DNA of 64,000 nucleotides from Vairimorpha necatrix (taxonomy: Eukaryota): positions 496,001 through 560,000 of the forward strand of contig CP142734.1 of the NCBI GenBank assembly GCA_036630325.1, read 5' to 3'. The position numbers were made by a program, and so were the translations under genes. How positions within the stretch are numbered: position 1 is the first letter of the stretch; each line of letters opens with the position of its first letter. This document shows positions 1 to 13,615 of this stretch, piece after piece. Below the pieces are notes generated by a model that was not told the origin of the DNA, ran no database searches, and saw nothing but the letters and a program-made list of their open reading frames with translations.

Positions 1-345
1 TACGAGTCGACAGTAGGATACATTCAAGTATTATAATAAAGTATAACAAGCCTGATATACTAATTGTAGACAAGTTGAGGAAGAAGTGATCGTTGTAGAA
101 GTTGGAATCACAAGTTTTAACAACCTCCATGCAGTAGAAACAGAAAAGAAACATAAATACGACTTGCTCGCAAATCATGTGGCTTCCTCTACAAATACAA
201 GCCGAAAATTATTCCTTATGTGATGAAGTGGGATGGAATAGTAACTAATTTTCACCGTACGCATATCAAAGTGCTCAGATTAGAACCCAGAACGGAAGCA
301 TATATACAGTCATGAGTCCTTAAAATGACTTTAGAAAGCCTAACT
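1..345 (+). pseudogene. 3' remnant of a non-LTR retrotransposon, restriction-like endonuclease (RLE) domain, frameshifted
   Basis: Piecewise translation gives KPDILIVDK..VIVVEVGITS..AVETEKKHKYDLLA..IIPYVMKWDGIVT, the PD..E..K..KY pattern of RLE-type LINEs. Frameshifts and stops are present. Confidence 0.75.
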
Positions 346-580
346 ATGTCAGCCAGACATGGGCTTGATACATATCAGGAAGGGGTCTTCGAGAGCCCAA
401 TGAGTGAATCTCAGAAGGAAGTCCTGGAACTGCCAGACGAGACTGTAAGCGTATCTTGTGAAAAGTAATTAATAAGCCGAATATTATACCCAAATAAATT
501 ATATATGTTTGTATATGTAGTTTAGAAATTTTAAACCCACAAAACATAGAGGTAAAAAATTAAATAAAATTCTTTTACAG

Positions 581-700
581 TTCATTTCAGTTTTATAGAC
601 ACTTTGTTTTATTTTTATAGACACTTTGTTTCATTTTTATAGACACCTTGTTCCATTATTATAGACACCTTGTTTCATTTTTATAGAACCCTTGTTCTAA
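581..700. repeat. Left subterminal 22-bp tandem repeats of the Tc1 TIR
   Basis: About 5 copies of TTTTTATAGACACCTTGTTTCA. Confidence 0.9.
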
Positions 701-741
701 AATTTATTTTACTTGCCTTCAAAATTTTTAACCCTTAAAAT

Positions 742-1824
742 ATGAGAAGCCGAAATGTCAGAGAAGAACTTGAAGAGTACGTAAAGAAGAATCATTTGTC
801 GAGATAGAAGATGAAACGCAGTTACCCCAAGAAAAACCAGGAAGATGATTACCAGGTCGAGTAACGAAAGTTTTCTTTCGTTACTCGACACTGGTATGAA
901 ACTTATTGATATGGAAGTTGCTTTAAATCTCAATAAGTCTAGCGTAAAACGCCTATATAAAAGATATCTTACAGGAGAATTTACCAACCTTAAAACTTTT
1001 AAAACGGCAGGACAAAAAAAAGAGTGAATTTTTAAAAGATATTTCTATGGTTTCAAATATTATTGCAACAAAAATAGCCCTGAATCCTTGTCTAGGTCTT
1101 TAAAATTTATCCGATAAATTGCAAAATGCAAATTCCACGGGACATTACTCTGAGTCAACTGTTTGCAGACTTGTTAAAAAATTAGGGTATAGTTCTAAAA
1201 CCCCGACCTTGATTCCACTAAGTAGAAACAGTCCTCAGAACAAGCTGTTGAGGTCTCAATATGCGAGAGTAATATAAAACATATCGAATGATAATTTAAT
1301 ATTTCTCGATGAAACTGGTTTAAATCTGCACCTTAACAATACTTTTGGTTATTCTTTAAGAAATACTAAGTGTTGTGTAACGGTCCCGAATTCGAAAGGG
1401 ACTAATGTTTCTTTAATGTGTGCTATAAGCGTTAATGGATTATATGCGCATAAAACTAAAGTCAGAAGTTTTAAATCTGCAGATTTTGTCGAATTCATTA
1501 ACAATAATTTACCTATTTGTGAGCAAGAGGAAAACAGAATTTTAATATTGGATAACGCATCATACACAGAACATCCGAAGTAGCTGCTGCTCTTAGAAAC
1601 AAAAGATACAGTCTAAAACTTCTACCTCCATATTCTTTACAACTAAACCCCATCGAGAAGTTTTTTAACAGTTTCAAGTCCCGAGTAAAACAGAGACCTA
1701 GACCAACAACCACTCCTTTGTTAATTGATTGTATTGAAGACGTGTTGAACACAGAAGTATTCGTCATGATTGGTTTTTTTCTCATATGAGAGAATTTATC
1801 GAGAAAGCTCTAAGTCAATGGTGA
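742..1824 (+). pseudogene. Tc1-family transposase, frameshifted
   Basis: FLDETG (~1305), ILDNAS (D at 1551), LPPYSLQLNPIE (E at 1655). The 104-nt spacing equals D34E with a 1-nt loss. ORF 845-1027 is the HTH-like part. Confidence 0.85.
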
Positions 1825-2235
1825 TTTTTTTTCTGAATTTATATTAAAAATTTTAATTAAAAACTTCTAAGATGTTTTCATTGTTTGTGCCGTCCCCCAA
1901 GCGGAGGTACGTCTAAATGAGATTATTAGATTGGTGTATGTAAATATGATTTTTACTATATTGAGTTTTATTGCTTTTATTGCTCATCATCCTCTTTCTT
2001 GGGTGAGGGGCCATTTTAAATATTTTAAATAATTAATTGTTTGTAAACAAACAAATGAATGACATTTAGTTTAAGAAAATATTATAAACTAAATGATTAA
2101 TGTGATGATGTTTCACATTCATTGATAAAAGTCATCACAGTTTGCCATGTAAATATTGATGTTTATATCTTTATCGTTATCTATACTTTACGATTCAACT
2201 ATATAAATAAATTATGAAAAAAATAAAAATAAATT

Positions 2236-2380
2236 TTATAACAAGGTGTCTATAAAAATGAAACAAGGTTTATATAAAAATAAAATGAGGTGTCTATAAA
2301 AATGAAACAAGGTTTCTATAAAAATAAAATGAGGTGTCTATAATTATGAAACAAGGTGTCTATAAAAATGAAATGGATTG
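2236..2380. repeat. Right subterminal 22-bp tandem repeats of the Tc1 TIR (inverted)
   Basis: About 6 copies of TGAAACAAGGTGTCTATAAAAA. Confidence 0.9.
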
Positions 2381-4571
2381 TATATATATGAGCAGTAATT
2401 TGAATACTATGCTTGCTCCTCCTTTTTATGCAATTCGTTTTTTTTTTTGGGGGGAGATTTAAAAAATTTAAATGAACCCTCTAGTTGGGGTCGTTTAAAC
2501 TCTTTACCCAGTAATGAAACATAATTAAAGATCTTTATTGTTATAAAATCGATAAAAAATATAAATATGATTCTACACATTTTTTTTATAGCTTTCAAAC
2601 ATTATATGTTATTTGACGATATGTTAATAGTCATCAATCCCCGATTTCTATTTAATATGGTTTTTTTCATATAATAAACTACATTGGCAATCATTACTGA
2701 GATACGTAGTATTGATACTTCCATTTATGGCAAATGAAATTATTTTCGTAATAAAATTTTATCTCACATGCATATTTGCCATTATTACAAAAAAAAATTT
2801 TCTCCTGAAATGAGATTTAAGTCATTTTAATTTAGTTAGAGTATTTGAGCAAATGTTTCAAAGAGCACGTTAGTTTAAATAATGATTACACTCTAATTAT
2901 CTGAAATTTTCTTAGCTCATCAAAGTACCTTTCAACAACGTCATATTATGGATCTTAACAGTAATAGGAAATATTTTTAAATTTATAAAAATTTAACTAA
3001 CTATTTTATAAAAAAACGCAAATTTAGTTAATATCTAAATTTAGGTTGAAAAAATGACAATGTAACTAGAAAACATATCGGAATCATATAAATATGATAA
3101 TATACCGTTACATATGACTTCCTACACTATATATCTGTTCATAAACATTTAAAGTAGAATGACATTTAGATTTTTTTCAGTTCAAGAAAAGTATTAGAAA
3201 AAGCAAATCGGAAATAATGAAAATTAAATAGAGGGCAAATGTATGAAATTGCAAAAAAAAAATGTTAATAGATTTTTGTTAAAAATTCCATAACCTTTAA
3301 AAATGCAATTGAATGATTTTATTACAGCATATTTATCATACTTTCGCATATTTTCATCGATAATTACTTTAATTGGCATTTTTACTTCTAATACATAGGT
3401 TCTAATGCATCTACAGTTTAAAGATTTATAAATCCTCTTATGAATTTTAGTCCTTTTGAGTCAAAAAACCAACATTGCCTTTTTTTACTGAAAGTTAAAT
3501 CCCGTTTTTTCTCACGATTTAGTATCTAAGTAAAATATTTTTAAAAAATTATTCCGTAGAGTTTTCAATTATTTTTTCTACGATATCATAACTTTGAAGC
3601 AATTAGTTTCACTTGAACTGTATCTGTTGGAAATAGCAGACGAGTCTGAATGAAATTGCATATTTATTAAGAAACTTTTTCTTTTATATTTAATTCTAAA
3701 ACACTGATTAGTGATAACCATATTCGATTGGACCAGCTTGTGATGAAACAGTTTGATGTTTGATAAAGAGCAATGATTTGTACTTAGAGTTACAACAGTA
3801 TCATCATAAATATTCTTATATAAACCAGTTGATTTATGATAAATTCAGTATTGTTGTGGTCAGAATAATTACCGAAAATATGGGTTTATTTGTATATTCA
3901 ATTTATAGTAAATATCAAATGATATTTAATATATCAGTGATTGACATGCTATGCTCAACAACTATAAAACAAAACACAAATGTCATTCAAAAGACCGACG
4001 CTGATTTTAAGACTTTTTAAAATAGAAAGTCAGTAAGATAGCAGTGTTATTTTAGACATCTAACGGTGGAAAAATAAAGAAAGATGTAAAACGGATGCTT
4101 TGAGCATACGTCATTATAACATAGCTATAATCATGTTTTTAACACAATATCTATGTGATTTCTGACTATGATACAACAATACATACTTCGTTAGAATTAC
4201 TTTAATTTATTTTATGCCAAAGTTTAAAAAATAAATAAATATAATTAAACCACTTCTTTTCCACGGATAAAATGTTTGAAGATAACTAAATGTAATAATG
4301 CCTTTTGTGGATCATTATATTTCTAGATTTTTTGTTTAATATGTACTAATAAATCCAATAGTGCAATATTTACAATTGGAAAAAATAAAAATTAAATAAT
4401 TAAGTGGTTTTAATCATTTAGACACATATCCCAATATCCAATAAAATTTTATAAAGTTAATTAAATACATTAGCATCAACAAATTTAACGAAAATAATGT
4501 AACATAGCTTAATTCAAACGAAAATACAATTTTGTATGATGTAGACAAGTATTTAAAATTAAAGAGATTTT

Positions 4572-5588
4572 TTATTTCTCAATCACTTCAATGCATTTCT
4601 CATAAATCCTTATAACTTCATTCGATCTATACATCAAACTAAATAAGTCTCTTGTGATAGATTTTAAAATAGATCTGACTTCTGCTTTAATTAATTCACT
4701 TTTGTATTCTTTGCTCAACAAATCTATTTCGACCTGTTTAAAAGTTTCTACAATTGGTATATAATTAAATACAGACATTATTTCTATATTGTAACGAATT
4801 AATTTGACGAAATATTTGGTGGCTAAAAATTTGTTATGTATGATATTTTCTCGCTTATCATAAATTTTTATAAACAATTTAAATACTTTTATAAATTCTA
4901 AAAGCATATCTTTGATATAATCATCCACATCCAAACTAACTATTAGTTTGGATAAATTTTGTAATCTTTTATTATCTAGGCTGTAAATAAAATCTCTTTT
5001 AAAATAACGTATTAGATAATTATGATTCTTAAGAATACTATCTTTGCAAGTATCCAATTTTTTTTTACTGTAGAGTCCTAAATTGGTGCCAAATGTTAGC
5101 TTTTTGTTTTCTATAAAATCTAAAATGGTGTTATTGCATTCTTTAATTATTGTTGAGATATTAAGAAAATTTTCATTATTTAAAAAAATACTACTCGCTT
5201 GTGATTTATATATGTCGCTTTCAAATGAAAAAATATCTCCGCAATTATCTAAGCCTAAATTAATATTAGTAACTACATCATTGCTATAATTTTTATTTTG
5301 ATTGCTTTCCGTAGAGTCATAGGGGATTTTGTTACTTAAAGACACGTCATTTCTTAGAATGATCGAATTATCATAGTCATCATCAACAACAGAACGTTCG
5401 ATATTTGAAAAAACTAAATTGTCATTATAATGCACATTATAAATAGATTTATCTAATTCGCAGCATGTTGAATTATGGCCCGTAAAATTCTCATGTTTAT
5501 GCTCATTAATTTTTATTGTTGTGTAATCATTGCCATATAAATGTGTACATCGTAAAAATCCGAAACTAAATAGCATTATGAAGGGCAT
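4572..5588 (-). CDS. Hypothetical, probably secreted protein (true start may be ATG 5576 after CCC)
   Basis: 338-aa ORF in AT-rich DNA with a short hydrophobic N-terminus. No family recognised. Confidence 0.75.
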   Translation of the reverse strand: MPFIMLFSFGFLRCTHLYGNDYTTIKINEHKHENFTGHNSTCCELDKSIYNVHYNDNLVFSNIERSVVDDDYDNSIILRNDVSLSNKIPYDSTESNQNKNYSNDVVTNINLGLDNCGDIFSFESDIYKSQASSIFLNNENFLNISTIIKECNNTILDFIENKKLTFGTNLGLYSKKKLDTCKDSILKNHNYLIRYFKRDFIYSLDNKRLQNLSKLIVSLDVDDYIKDMLLEFIKVFKLFIKIYDKRENIIHNKFLATKYFVKLIRYNIEIMSVFNYIPIVETFKQVEIDLLSKEYKSELIKAEVRSILKSITRDLFSLMYRSNEVIRIYEKCIEVIEK

Positions 5589-8500
5589 AATTATATTGAA
5601 AATTAAATCAATTATTGTTTTATATTGTTGTTAAAATTAAAAAATTACTGTATGTTCTTTTTTTGTTTCCATATATGATTTATACGTATCTTTTATAATA
5701 ATTTTGAAATGTTTAAGAAGCTAAATAGGGTCATTGTAATTCTTGACTTGCATTTTTTTATAAGAAATAAAATCACTGTATTTCCTTACTATAAGAAACA
5801 GGTGGAATTTGTTTTCAATGATTTATACTAAATACGCCGCCGACTAATGTATCACAATGAAAAAAAAATTTAGAATAGCGATATCATCTAGTTATGATTA
5901 TAATATTTGGAACGTTCTTTATATTAGATTTGATTTTATTTATAATAAGACTAGGAATAATTATTGAATTTTTAAAATAATTTTCCTGGTACATGTATTG
6001 CTTAATGAATATTATAATGTTCAGGAGCTTCAATTACTTTATTTATATTAAATATAGTTGCTATTTAAATAAAATATACATTTTTTTAATTTGTAATTTT
6101 TTATATATACATACTACAAGCTAAATCATACGATAGTATCAATATCGTTTTTTTCCTTGAGCTTGGTTTGATGTTTTGGTTTTTTTGTAATAATACAAAT
6201 GTATGGATATATTATATGTTCTTATGTATAAAATAAATCTTTTTTTTATTTAAAGCATTTAAATTTTTACAACTTTAAAACAATTGACATAATATGATTA
6301 CTAGTACAACTTAGATTGCCAATGTCGTGATTGATCTTCTTGTTTTAGTTGAGAGATCTAATTTTCTTTTGAATGCTACTATTTATTTAATATAACGGTA
6401 GAAACAATTAAGCCATCAATGTCCTTAACAAACGATTAAAAATTGAACTGCAAAATCGTTACCAAGAATATCTATATTTATAAACTCTTAACAATATATG
6501 TGCATACTAATATAATCGTGCTAACGATTTCATATATATATATATCAACTAAAGTGATAAAATTTTTCGAGGAAGCTGCATTTTTTTACATAAAAAAAAT
6601 GACCAAAATTTATTGACTTCTTGTTGGTTAGCTAATCATATTTAAAGAACGTCGTTTAAACACAAATATCATACCAGTATTATATTTATTAAAATTTTGT
6701 ACAAAAATTTTTGTGAAAAAGAACGAATACTTTTAAACAATTATAATTGTTTAATTGTTTAGGCATACAACGAAAAAAAATATTGAAGGTTTTGTTTTGC
6801 TAAACAATTATAATATATAAATTTAATAGAGACAAATTTAATAGCAAATATAAGTACAATGAATATTATTTAAATCTAATATAGACTAAATTGAAGAAAC
6901 ATTAGCCGTATTTAACAAAAATAAAAAAAATATAAAGAACACCTATGTGTTCCTGACTACTACTTATGAAGTTTTTCATCTGAAGAAGCATGTTAATTGA
7001 TCCTTAATGTATATAAAGGATTTTGTAAATTAATAAAAAAACTTATTTATATTCGTTTCGAAAAAAATGATGATTTTGCATTTTCAAAATATTTTAATTC
7101 ATTATTTCTTGATTTTGTACGTGTAACTTAATCTACAAAAGGTGCTAATAAAATTATTAGATTTATGATAAAGATAAGTATGTTTTATTGTAGATACATG
7201 ATTTTTTGATTTTTATACAAAAATAAAGAATATCTAAAAAAACACAAGAATATGAAACTTGACAACAAATATGGACAGAAATTAGACAACTGCTGTTTAA
7301 AGTGATTACATCTTTTTTCTAATCTAAAAAAAGTTAATGCATTCGAACTTCTGTGCTATATATTTTTTTTATAATTATTTAATAGAAGAAAGAAAATATC
7401 ACAAAGATTATTACTTTTAGATTAAATGGGCACTTTATTTGAGAACAACTACCAGATTTTATTTGTAATTTTATGTATTGATTTTATAACATGTAAAAAA
7501 TATGTTTGAAGATGATTAACATATTTTGCGCTAGTAAATACATAAATTTCGATTCGAAAATTTTTTGCATTATAATTAAATGTTGAAATTTTTCTCAAAA
7601 AATAATAAAAGAATATAATAAATAGTATCTTACATTGTCAGATGAATATGTGTCAATAATATGATTCAAGTGAATTTTTAAACGTACTACATAAATTTAA
7701 AATTTAACAAATAGTTTATTAACCTATAAGCATAGGGTTGAAATACTATAGAAATTGGAGGCAAAAATAATGCAATACAGTGAATAATTATATAAAAAAC
7801 ATAATTAAAACAAAATAATTTCATGTAAAAGACCCCAGGAAATTATGCAGATTAACCATTTAGATTTTAAATGAAAAAAAAGTAAATTTCGCTTTTAATT
7901 TTTATACAATATGTTAATATCTTTTCTTATGAATTATAATAATTTCATACATTATACGTCAACAAATACGGTATTATCTGTTTATTTTACAGATATATTT
8001 ATCAAAAGAAGATTTAAATTGAAAAATTACATTCACAGATTTTTCTTATTTATTATTACATGAAAAACATCATGAGATGGTATGAAAACGCATCATTTTG
8101 AACATTATTGTATGTTTCTGTGCTAAAAATTTTATCATATGCACATAAATAACAGACGCTGCCCAGAGTTGTCATTTGTAAGTTAAATCAAAAACATAAA
8201 AAAACTGTTTTACATTTGCAAAAATACATCATATATGAACAATAGTAATAGGATATATGATATAATTTTAATAAATGTCATAAATTAAATGTCTTGGATT
8301 AAATCGATTCTTCATGTACTGTTGAGTTTTCATTAACGATTATATATGCAATTACAAATGGCTTCTCATATATACCACTTGTTTTTAAGACATTAAATCT
8401 TATCTATATAGCTTTAAAGGTACCCTGTTAATCCAATTCATGACACATGAGTAACACTTAATTATGCTTACAAAGCTTACGTGTTATATTGATAAATAAT

Positions 8501-8717
8501 AAATTCGTATCGGATCATTGTTAATTTTATCTATAACGACTTAAGAAAGATTTCTGTAATCATCATTCAATTTGTTACATTTAAAATTAACTATATGTAG
8601 AAATATTTAGTCGCTATATCTAATAATACAAACTTATGAATAACTTATTCGTAAGATAATATATAATTGTTAACTTTTATAATAATTCACAAAAAATATA
8701 TTTTGTTTATTGTCCCC

Positions 8718-9260
8718 ATGAAAAATTTGAATATGATAGGAATATTAATAAATCTAATAAACACTACTTATGTGTATCAATACGATGTTGACACCTTATG
8801 TTATGAAAATATTTGCAAAGAATATTATAAATTGAAGATACAAGATGAAATTGAAAAGGAACTTGAAACATATAATATATTTAAGAAATGGGGAATAAGA
8901 GGAAAATTTCTTAAACATGAAGATGAAATGTTCGATTTTAAGGAAAAGATAAAATTGGTGCTGTTGGCCTGTGATAACCTTTGTTTTGAAGTAAATAACT
9001 TTTATAAGAATCCATTTAATTTGCAAAAAAAAGATATGTTTATTGTGAAATGTATTAAAATTATCCAATCTGCCTTCATATTTCCAATGATCTCATCTAA
9101 AGGTGTTAATAAAATAATTTATTCAATGATTAATACTGGTGTTTTTAAATGTTATGTTATGATTGATGATTATAGTAAAGAAAACAGAGAACGTTTAACA
9201 AAAATTTGCAGCGATGGGCAAAACGATTTTCATGTTGTACAAGAAAAATATATCGTATAA
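8718..9260 (+). CDS. Lineage-specific hypothetical protein, paralog of 13616-14170
   Basis: CCCC-ATG at 8718. Shares KEYYKLKI.DEI..ELE.YN, DMF..KCIK and F.CY.MIDDY..ENR with the 13616 ORF. Confidence 0.85.
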   Translation: MKNLNMIGILINLINTTYVYQYDVDTLCYENICKEYYKLKIQDEIEKELETYNIFKKWGIRGKFLKHEDEMFDFKEKIKLVLLACDNLCFEVNNFYKNPFNLQKKDMFIVKCIKIIQSAFIFPMISSKGVNKIIYSMINTGVFKCYVMIDDYSKENRERLTKICSDGQNDFHVVQEKYIV

Positions 9261-10462
9261 AGAAACCTATTAAATAATTTATGCTATGCTTTTTGAACCG
9301 GAGTCGAACTTTTTACTGTGTTTTAAGTTAAATTTATTCAAATACCTAAAAGCTTAACGTACACAAAAATTCTAGTTTTATAATATAAAACTTTTTTTCT
9401 TCTAATTTTATATAGAATAAAAAATTGATACTAAGGGTCAAAATTATTTTTACATTTACCTAAATTTTTTATATACAAAATAAAAGGAATCAAAAATTTA
9501 TATTTGATAAATATTATCCTGATACTACAAAACATAATTATGTTAGTTATAACTATATAAACAAGCTTATTACGGCATTCAATTTTCCATAATACTATAT
9601 AACTTCGCAGCATTCGATATAATAAAAAACGAATCTATATGCAACAGGTAAAATTTGTATTTATTAAACAAGTTATGGTCTTTTGACATTATTCTTCAAA
9701 TAAAACAAATTATTGTTTGTCTATAAAAAATAACGATTGCAATAAAATGTATAAGAGTAATTAGGGGATATATAATTGCGCATTTTTTTTTAAAAGCTAA
9801 GAGAAATTGATCATATTTTAGAAACAGTTTACATTTTAAAAATCGAGAAGCTTAGGAATTTTAGTTTGTATTAGTGTGGATGAAAATCATAAGAATATTA
9901 GGGATAATGTTAATGTTTTTATACAAAGCGTAGGCTAAGTTTGTCTTATTTATCGTCTTAGTTGCTATTTTAAAGGTATTACCGGAGGTTCCGGGCCAAG
10001 AGATACATTCATAAAAAAGACCAGGGATCTCTTCTATAGGTGGATCTTTTCTATTAATAGAATATTTAAAATTTCTTTTAAATGTTTTTAATTTACCTCC
10101 TGGAAAAAACCCTTACACTAAAAAAAACATTATAAATATTACAAAAATTACGTGAAACAAGGTGACATAAGTATGACTGCTCTCGTGTTGCAGATTACTA
10201 GGAAAATTTAAAGGTAATTATATTAAAGGTTTCATTTTTTTAAATTAAATTTTTGACCATTTGGCTTGGGTGTTCTCTTCTTGGTATGAAAATTCCCCTT
10301 TAAAATGTCGTAAAATTCGAATTTGGGGGTGAATCTCATATCTAACAATCCCGGTACTTTTTTATATTACTAATTATTATGCTTTCAAGTGATTCTTTAA
10401 GTTTATCATTGCTTCAAAGGGCAGTTTTTCCAGGTCTCTTTTATGTACATACAAGAATTATA

Positions 10463-11133
10463 GGTACATGACCGTTTGGAACCCGCTTTGGGAAAATGAA
10501 CCCGCTTCGAAATTTTAAAGGACCCCCTTTAAAAAAATGGCAAAATTGGCAAAAACATTTTTTGTTGAGGCAGATGAGGTTTTTAGTATTGAAATGTATT
10601 TACTCATGGAATATAAAGAAAAGTATATTTTGGAAACATTTGATGCTGGATCGTCGTGCGCCTTGTTCGTTTCTGTAACTAGTAGAAATACTGCTTTTTC
10701 CTTGAGGTAAAAAAAGAAATTGTATAACCTGTTTCTATTATGATCTCTAATCAATGGATAGCTATGATGCCACATTAGCTAAGCAAAGGGATGGAGCACA
10801 GTTATAAGAATCACTTCATGAATTTGTAACCTCTAGCGATTTTACGTCACAATACCATATAATTTAGTTGGTTTGGGCTCAAATCTAAAAGAGATATTCG
10901 ATCTAGATATAAACAAAGAAGAACACTATGAGTACCTTTTACAGTTCCACTGGTCTTATCAAATACCAAAAAAACCAAAGAATTAATCGACTTCTTTCAT
11001 TATTCAAAATAAATCATTAAGTCCCTTTTTTTATAATTTTTTTTATTTTTTCCTTTTTTGAATTTTTCAAAGCGGGTTTATTTTCCCAATGCGGTTTAAT
11101 TTTCCCAAAGCGGGTTCCAAACGGTCATGTATC
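10463..11133 (+). mobile_element. Non-autonomous Merlin (IS1595-like) deletion derivative, copy 1
   Basis: TIR GGTACATGACCGTTTGGAACCCGCTTTGGGAAAAT. 8-bp TSD GAATTATA at 10455-10462 and 11134-11141. Confidence 0.9.
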
Positions 11134-12783
11134 GAATTATATGTTTTACCGTCATTATAAAAAAATTTGTATATTGCTTTATACCTTCGTCGTCGTTTGA
11201 TCTTTTTTTTAGAGATTATTTTAATTTTCTAAGTTTTTAATATTCAACTTTTTTTTGTTTAATAAAAATTTCGATTTTAGCTCGTGATATAATTCTTTAA
11301 TGTTTAAACATCAATGCAATATACCGCTTGATATACGTGTATTTTATATCGCTTCTTTATTTACGCACATAGGTCTACAAGATTAAAAGACGGAGTTGTT
11401 TAACAAATGTTTTTTGATTATTTTTCTGTGGCTGTTTTATTAATTACAAAGTATTAGATAAACGTACTGAGCTCTTAATTTCTACATTCACGTAACAATT
11501 TGATATTTCTGATATTTAATAACTTACAGTTATATGATCCAACGTTTTTGTTTTGTCACAGTGAATTATGATTTATTTCTTAAATGAAAAAAAAACTCCC
11601 CTCCAAAACCAGGGGTTGCTCGTGCGTAGGTCTTTTTCAATCTTTTGTTGGCTTTTATCTAAATCTTTGGTCGATAGAAACTTTTTCTTTTTACACACTT
11701 TCAAGTTTTGTACATATTTTGATAAATATTTTTTGTAAATTGTTTTATTGTGTTTGAATTAAGTGTTTAACGCTATGAAGTTTTGTTTAAAAATTTAATT
11801 ACTTTTGTTCATATTCAGATGGGTTCTTAATATTGTTCTACTGAAAAGCATAGTCGCACCTCAATTGAGACATTTTGGTATGTGAAAAGAGCATAAAAAC
11901 ACATTAGGTATTTTTAGAATGTAAAAATGCTAGTCCTTTTTCGAGCTCTTTTTTTGCTGCTACACTATTTTCCTTTAAAAGGAAATCATAAATTTATATA
12001 TAATAGCATGATTTTTTATTATCTAGATACATTTAGTCGCAAAAAAAGTATTAGATATATATATATGCATACGATTTAAATATTTCCAAAAAATTAATAA
12101 AATTAAGATTTAATAAGAACTTTATAAAAATTGAATTTTCAAGACAAAACATGTTTAGTATTACTGTACGTTTGTATTTCAACTAATTTTGGGTTTAGGA
12201 TAAAAATTGAAATTTTAGAATTTTAGGCAAGAGAGGTTCAAATCTATTCAACTACTACAAATTTGCAACAGCATCTATTATTTTAATGCTTTTTAACGAT
12301 CAACAAATATATTATATTAAACCATGTTTTGTCATGATCTTTTCTTAATCTATACACAGTCGTCTTTAAACATTTAACATCTGAGACTTCGGTTAGTATG
12401 AATTTACAATACAAAACATGTAAATGGTTATATTTTTTTTGAATTGGGTTTACATGACCTTATGTTATTGATAAAGAACATATTTTTATATAAATAATAA
12501 CTGTCTGCTAAAATTATATTGGAGCCTTTTATATTACTAAAATCATCAAATAATTATTTTGTACTATTTTATACAAACGTATCAGAGCCTTTTACTATCA
12601 TAAGACTATTGAATATTGTGCCAAAGCTAAAGTATAGTAATTTTTACTGTTTGAGGATTTTTGAAAAGTTTCTTTGGCGCCTAAATGATATTACATGTGA
12701 TCTGAACATTTGCACGTGAAATATATAAATGTTTTTAAAAAGTTAAATATTCGACATAAAATTTTAAAATAATAATAAAAATG

Positions 12784-13447
12784 GGTACATGACCGTTTGG
12801 AACCCGCTTTGGGAAAATGAACCCGCATTGAAATTTTAAAGGACCCCCTTTAAAAAAATGGCAAAATTGGCAAAAACAATGTTTGTTGAAGAAGATGAGC
12901 TTTTTAGTGATGAAATGTTTTTAAACATGGAAATAAATGAAAATTTTATTTTGGAAACATTTGATGCTGAAGAGTCGTCGCCTTGCTCGTTTCTGTAACT
13001 AGTAGGCATACTGCTTTTTCCTTGAGGTAATACAAGAAATGTATAACCTGTTTCTATTATGATCTCTAATCAATGGATAGCATATGATGCCACATTAGCT
13101 AAGTAAAGGGATGGAGCACAGTACTAAGAATCCCTCCATAAATGCTATAACTTCTAGCGATTCTAATTCACAACACCATATAATTTAGTTGGTTTTCGCT
13201 CATTTCTATAAGAAATTCGATCTAACAAAACAAATAAGAACACTATGAGTACCTTTTACAGTTTCACTGGGCTTTCCAAATTCCCAAAAATCACCGGATA
13301 AATTGTCTTCTGTCATTATTTAAAATAAATCGTTAAGTCCCTTTTTTATTTTTCCCTTTTTTATAATTTTTTTTATTTTTCCCTTTTTTTTGAATTTTTT
13401 CAATGCGGGTTCATTTTCCCAAAGCGGGTTCCAAACGGTCATGTACC
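12784..13447 (+). mobile_element. Non-autonomous Merlin deletion derivative, copy 2
   Basis: Perfect 50-bp TIRs. 8-bp TSD TAAAAATG at 12776-12783 and 13448-13455. Relic transposase-like motifs ISNQWIAYDA and GMEHSTKNPS. Confidence 0.92.
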
Positions 13448-13615
13448 TAAAAATGATATAGTATTTAATTAAAAATCTAAATCCTTTTCGATTCTTTTAT
13501 AGACAAAAATAAAATTCAAAAGTAGTTTTTAGCAAAAAATAATTTTAAATCAACAAGTTTAACGTTTAAAAAACGATTGACTTAATATCAAATATTTTTT
13601 CTTTTTTATATCCCC

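Larger units (their letters stand above)
578..2380 (+). mobile_element. Tc1/mariner (DD34E) DNA transposon, defective
   Basis: TA flanks at 576-577 and 2381-2382. Imperfect TIRs: CAGTTCATTTCAGTTTTATAGACAC and CAATCCATTTCATTTTTATAGACAC. Internal transposase motifs. Confidence 0.9.

Noticed and set aside
581-700. 22-bp repeats as a CRISPR array
   Set aside because: No unique spacers. They are mirrored at 2236-2380 as Tc1 subterminal repeats.
3760-4020. 86-aa ORF and similar 60-100 aa ORFs in AT-rich spacers
   Set aside because: Non-ATG starts, low-complexity composition and no motifs
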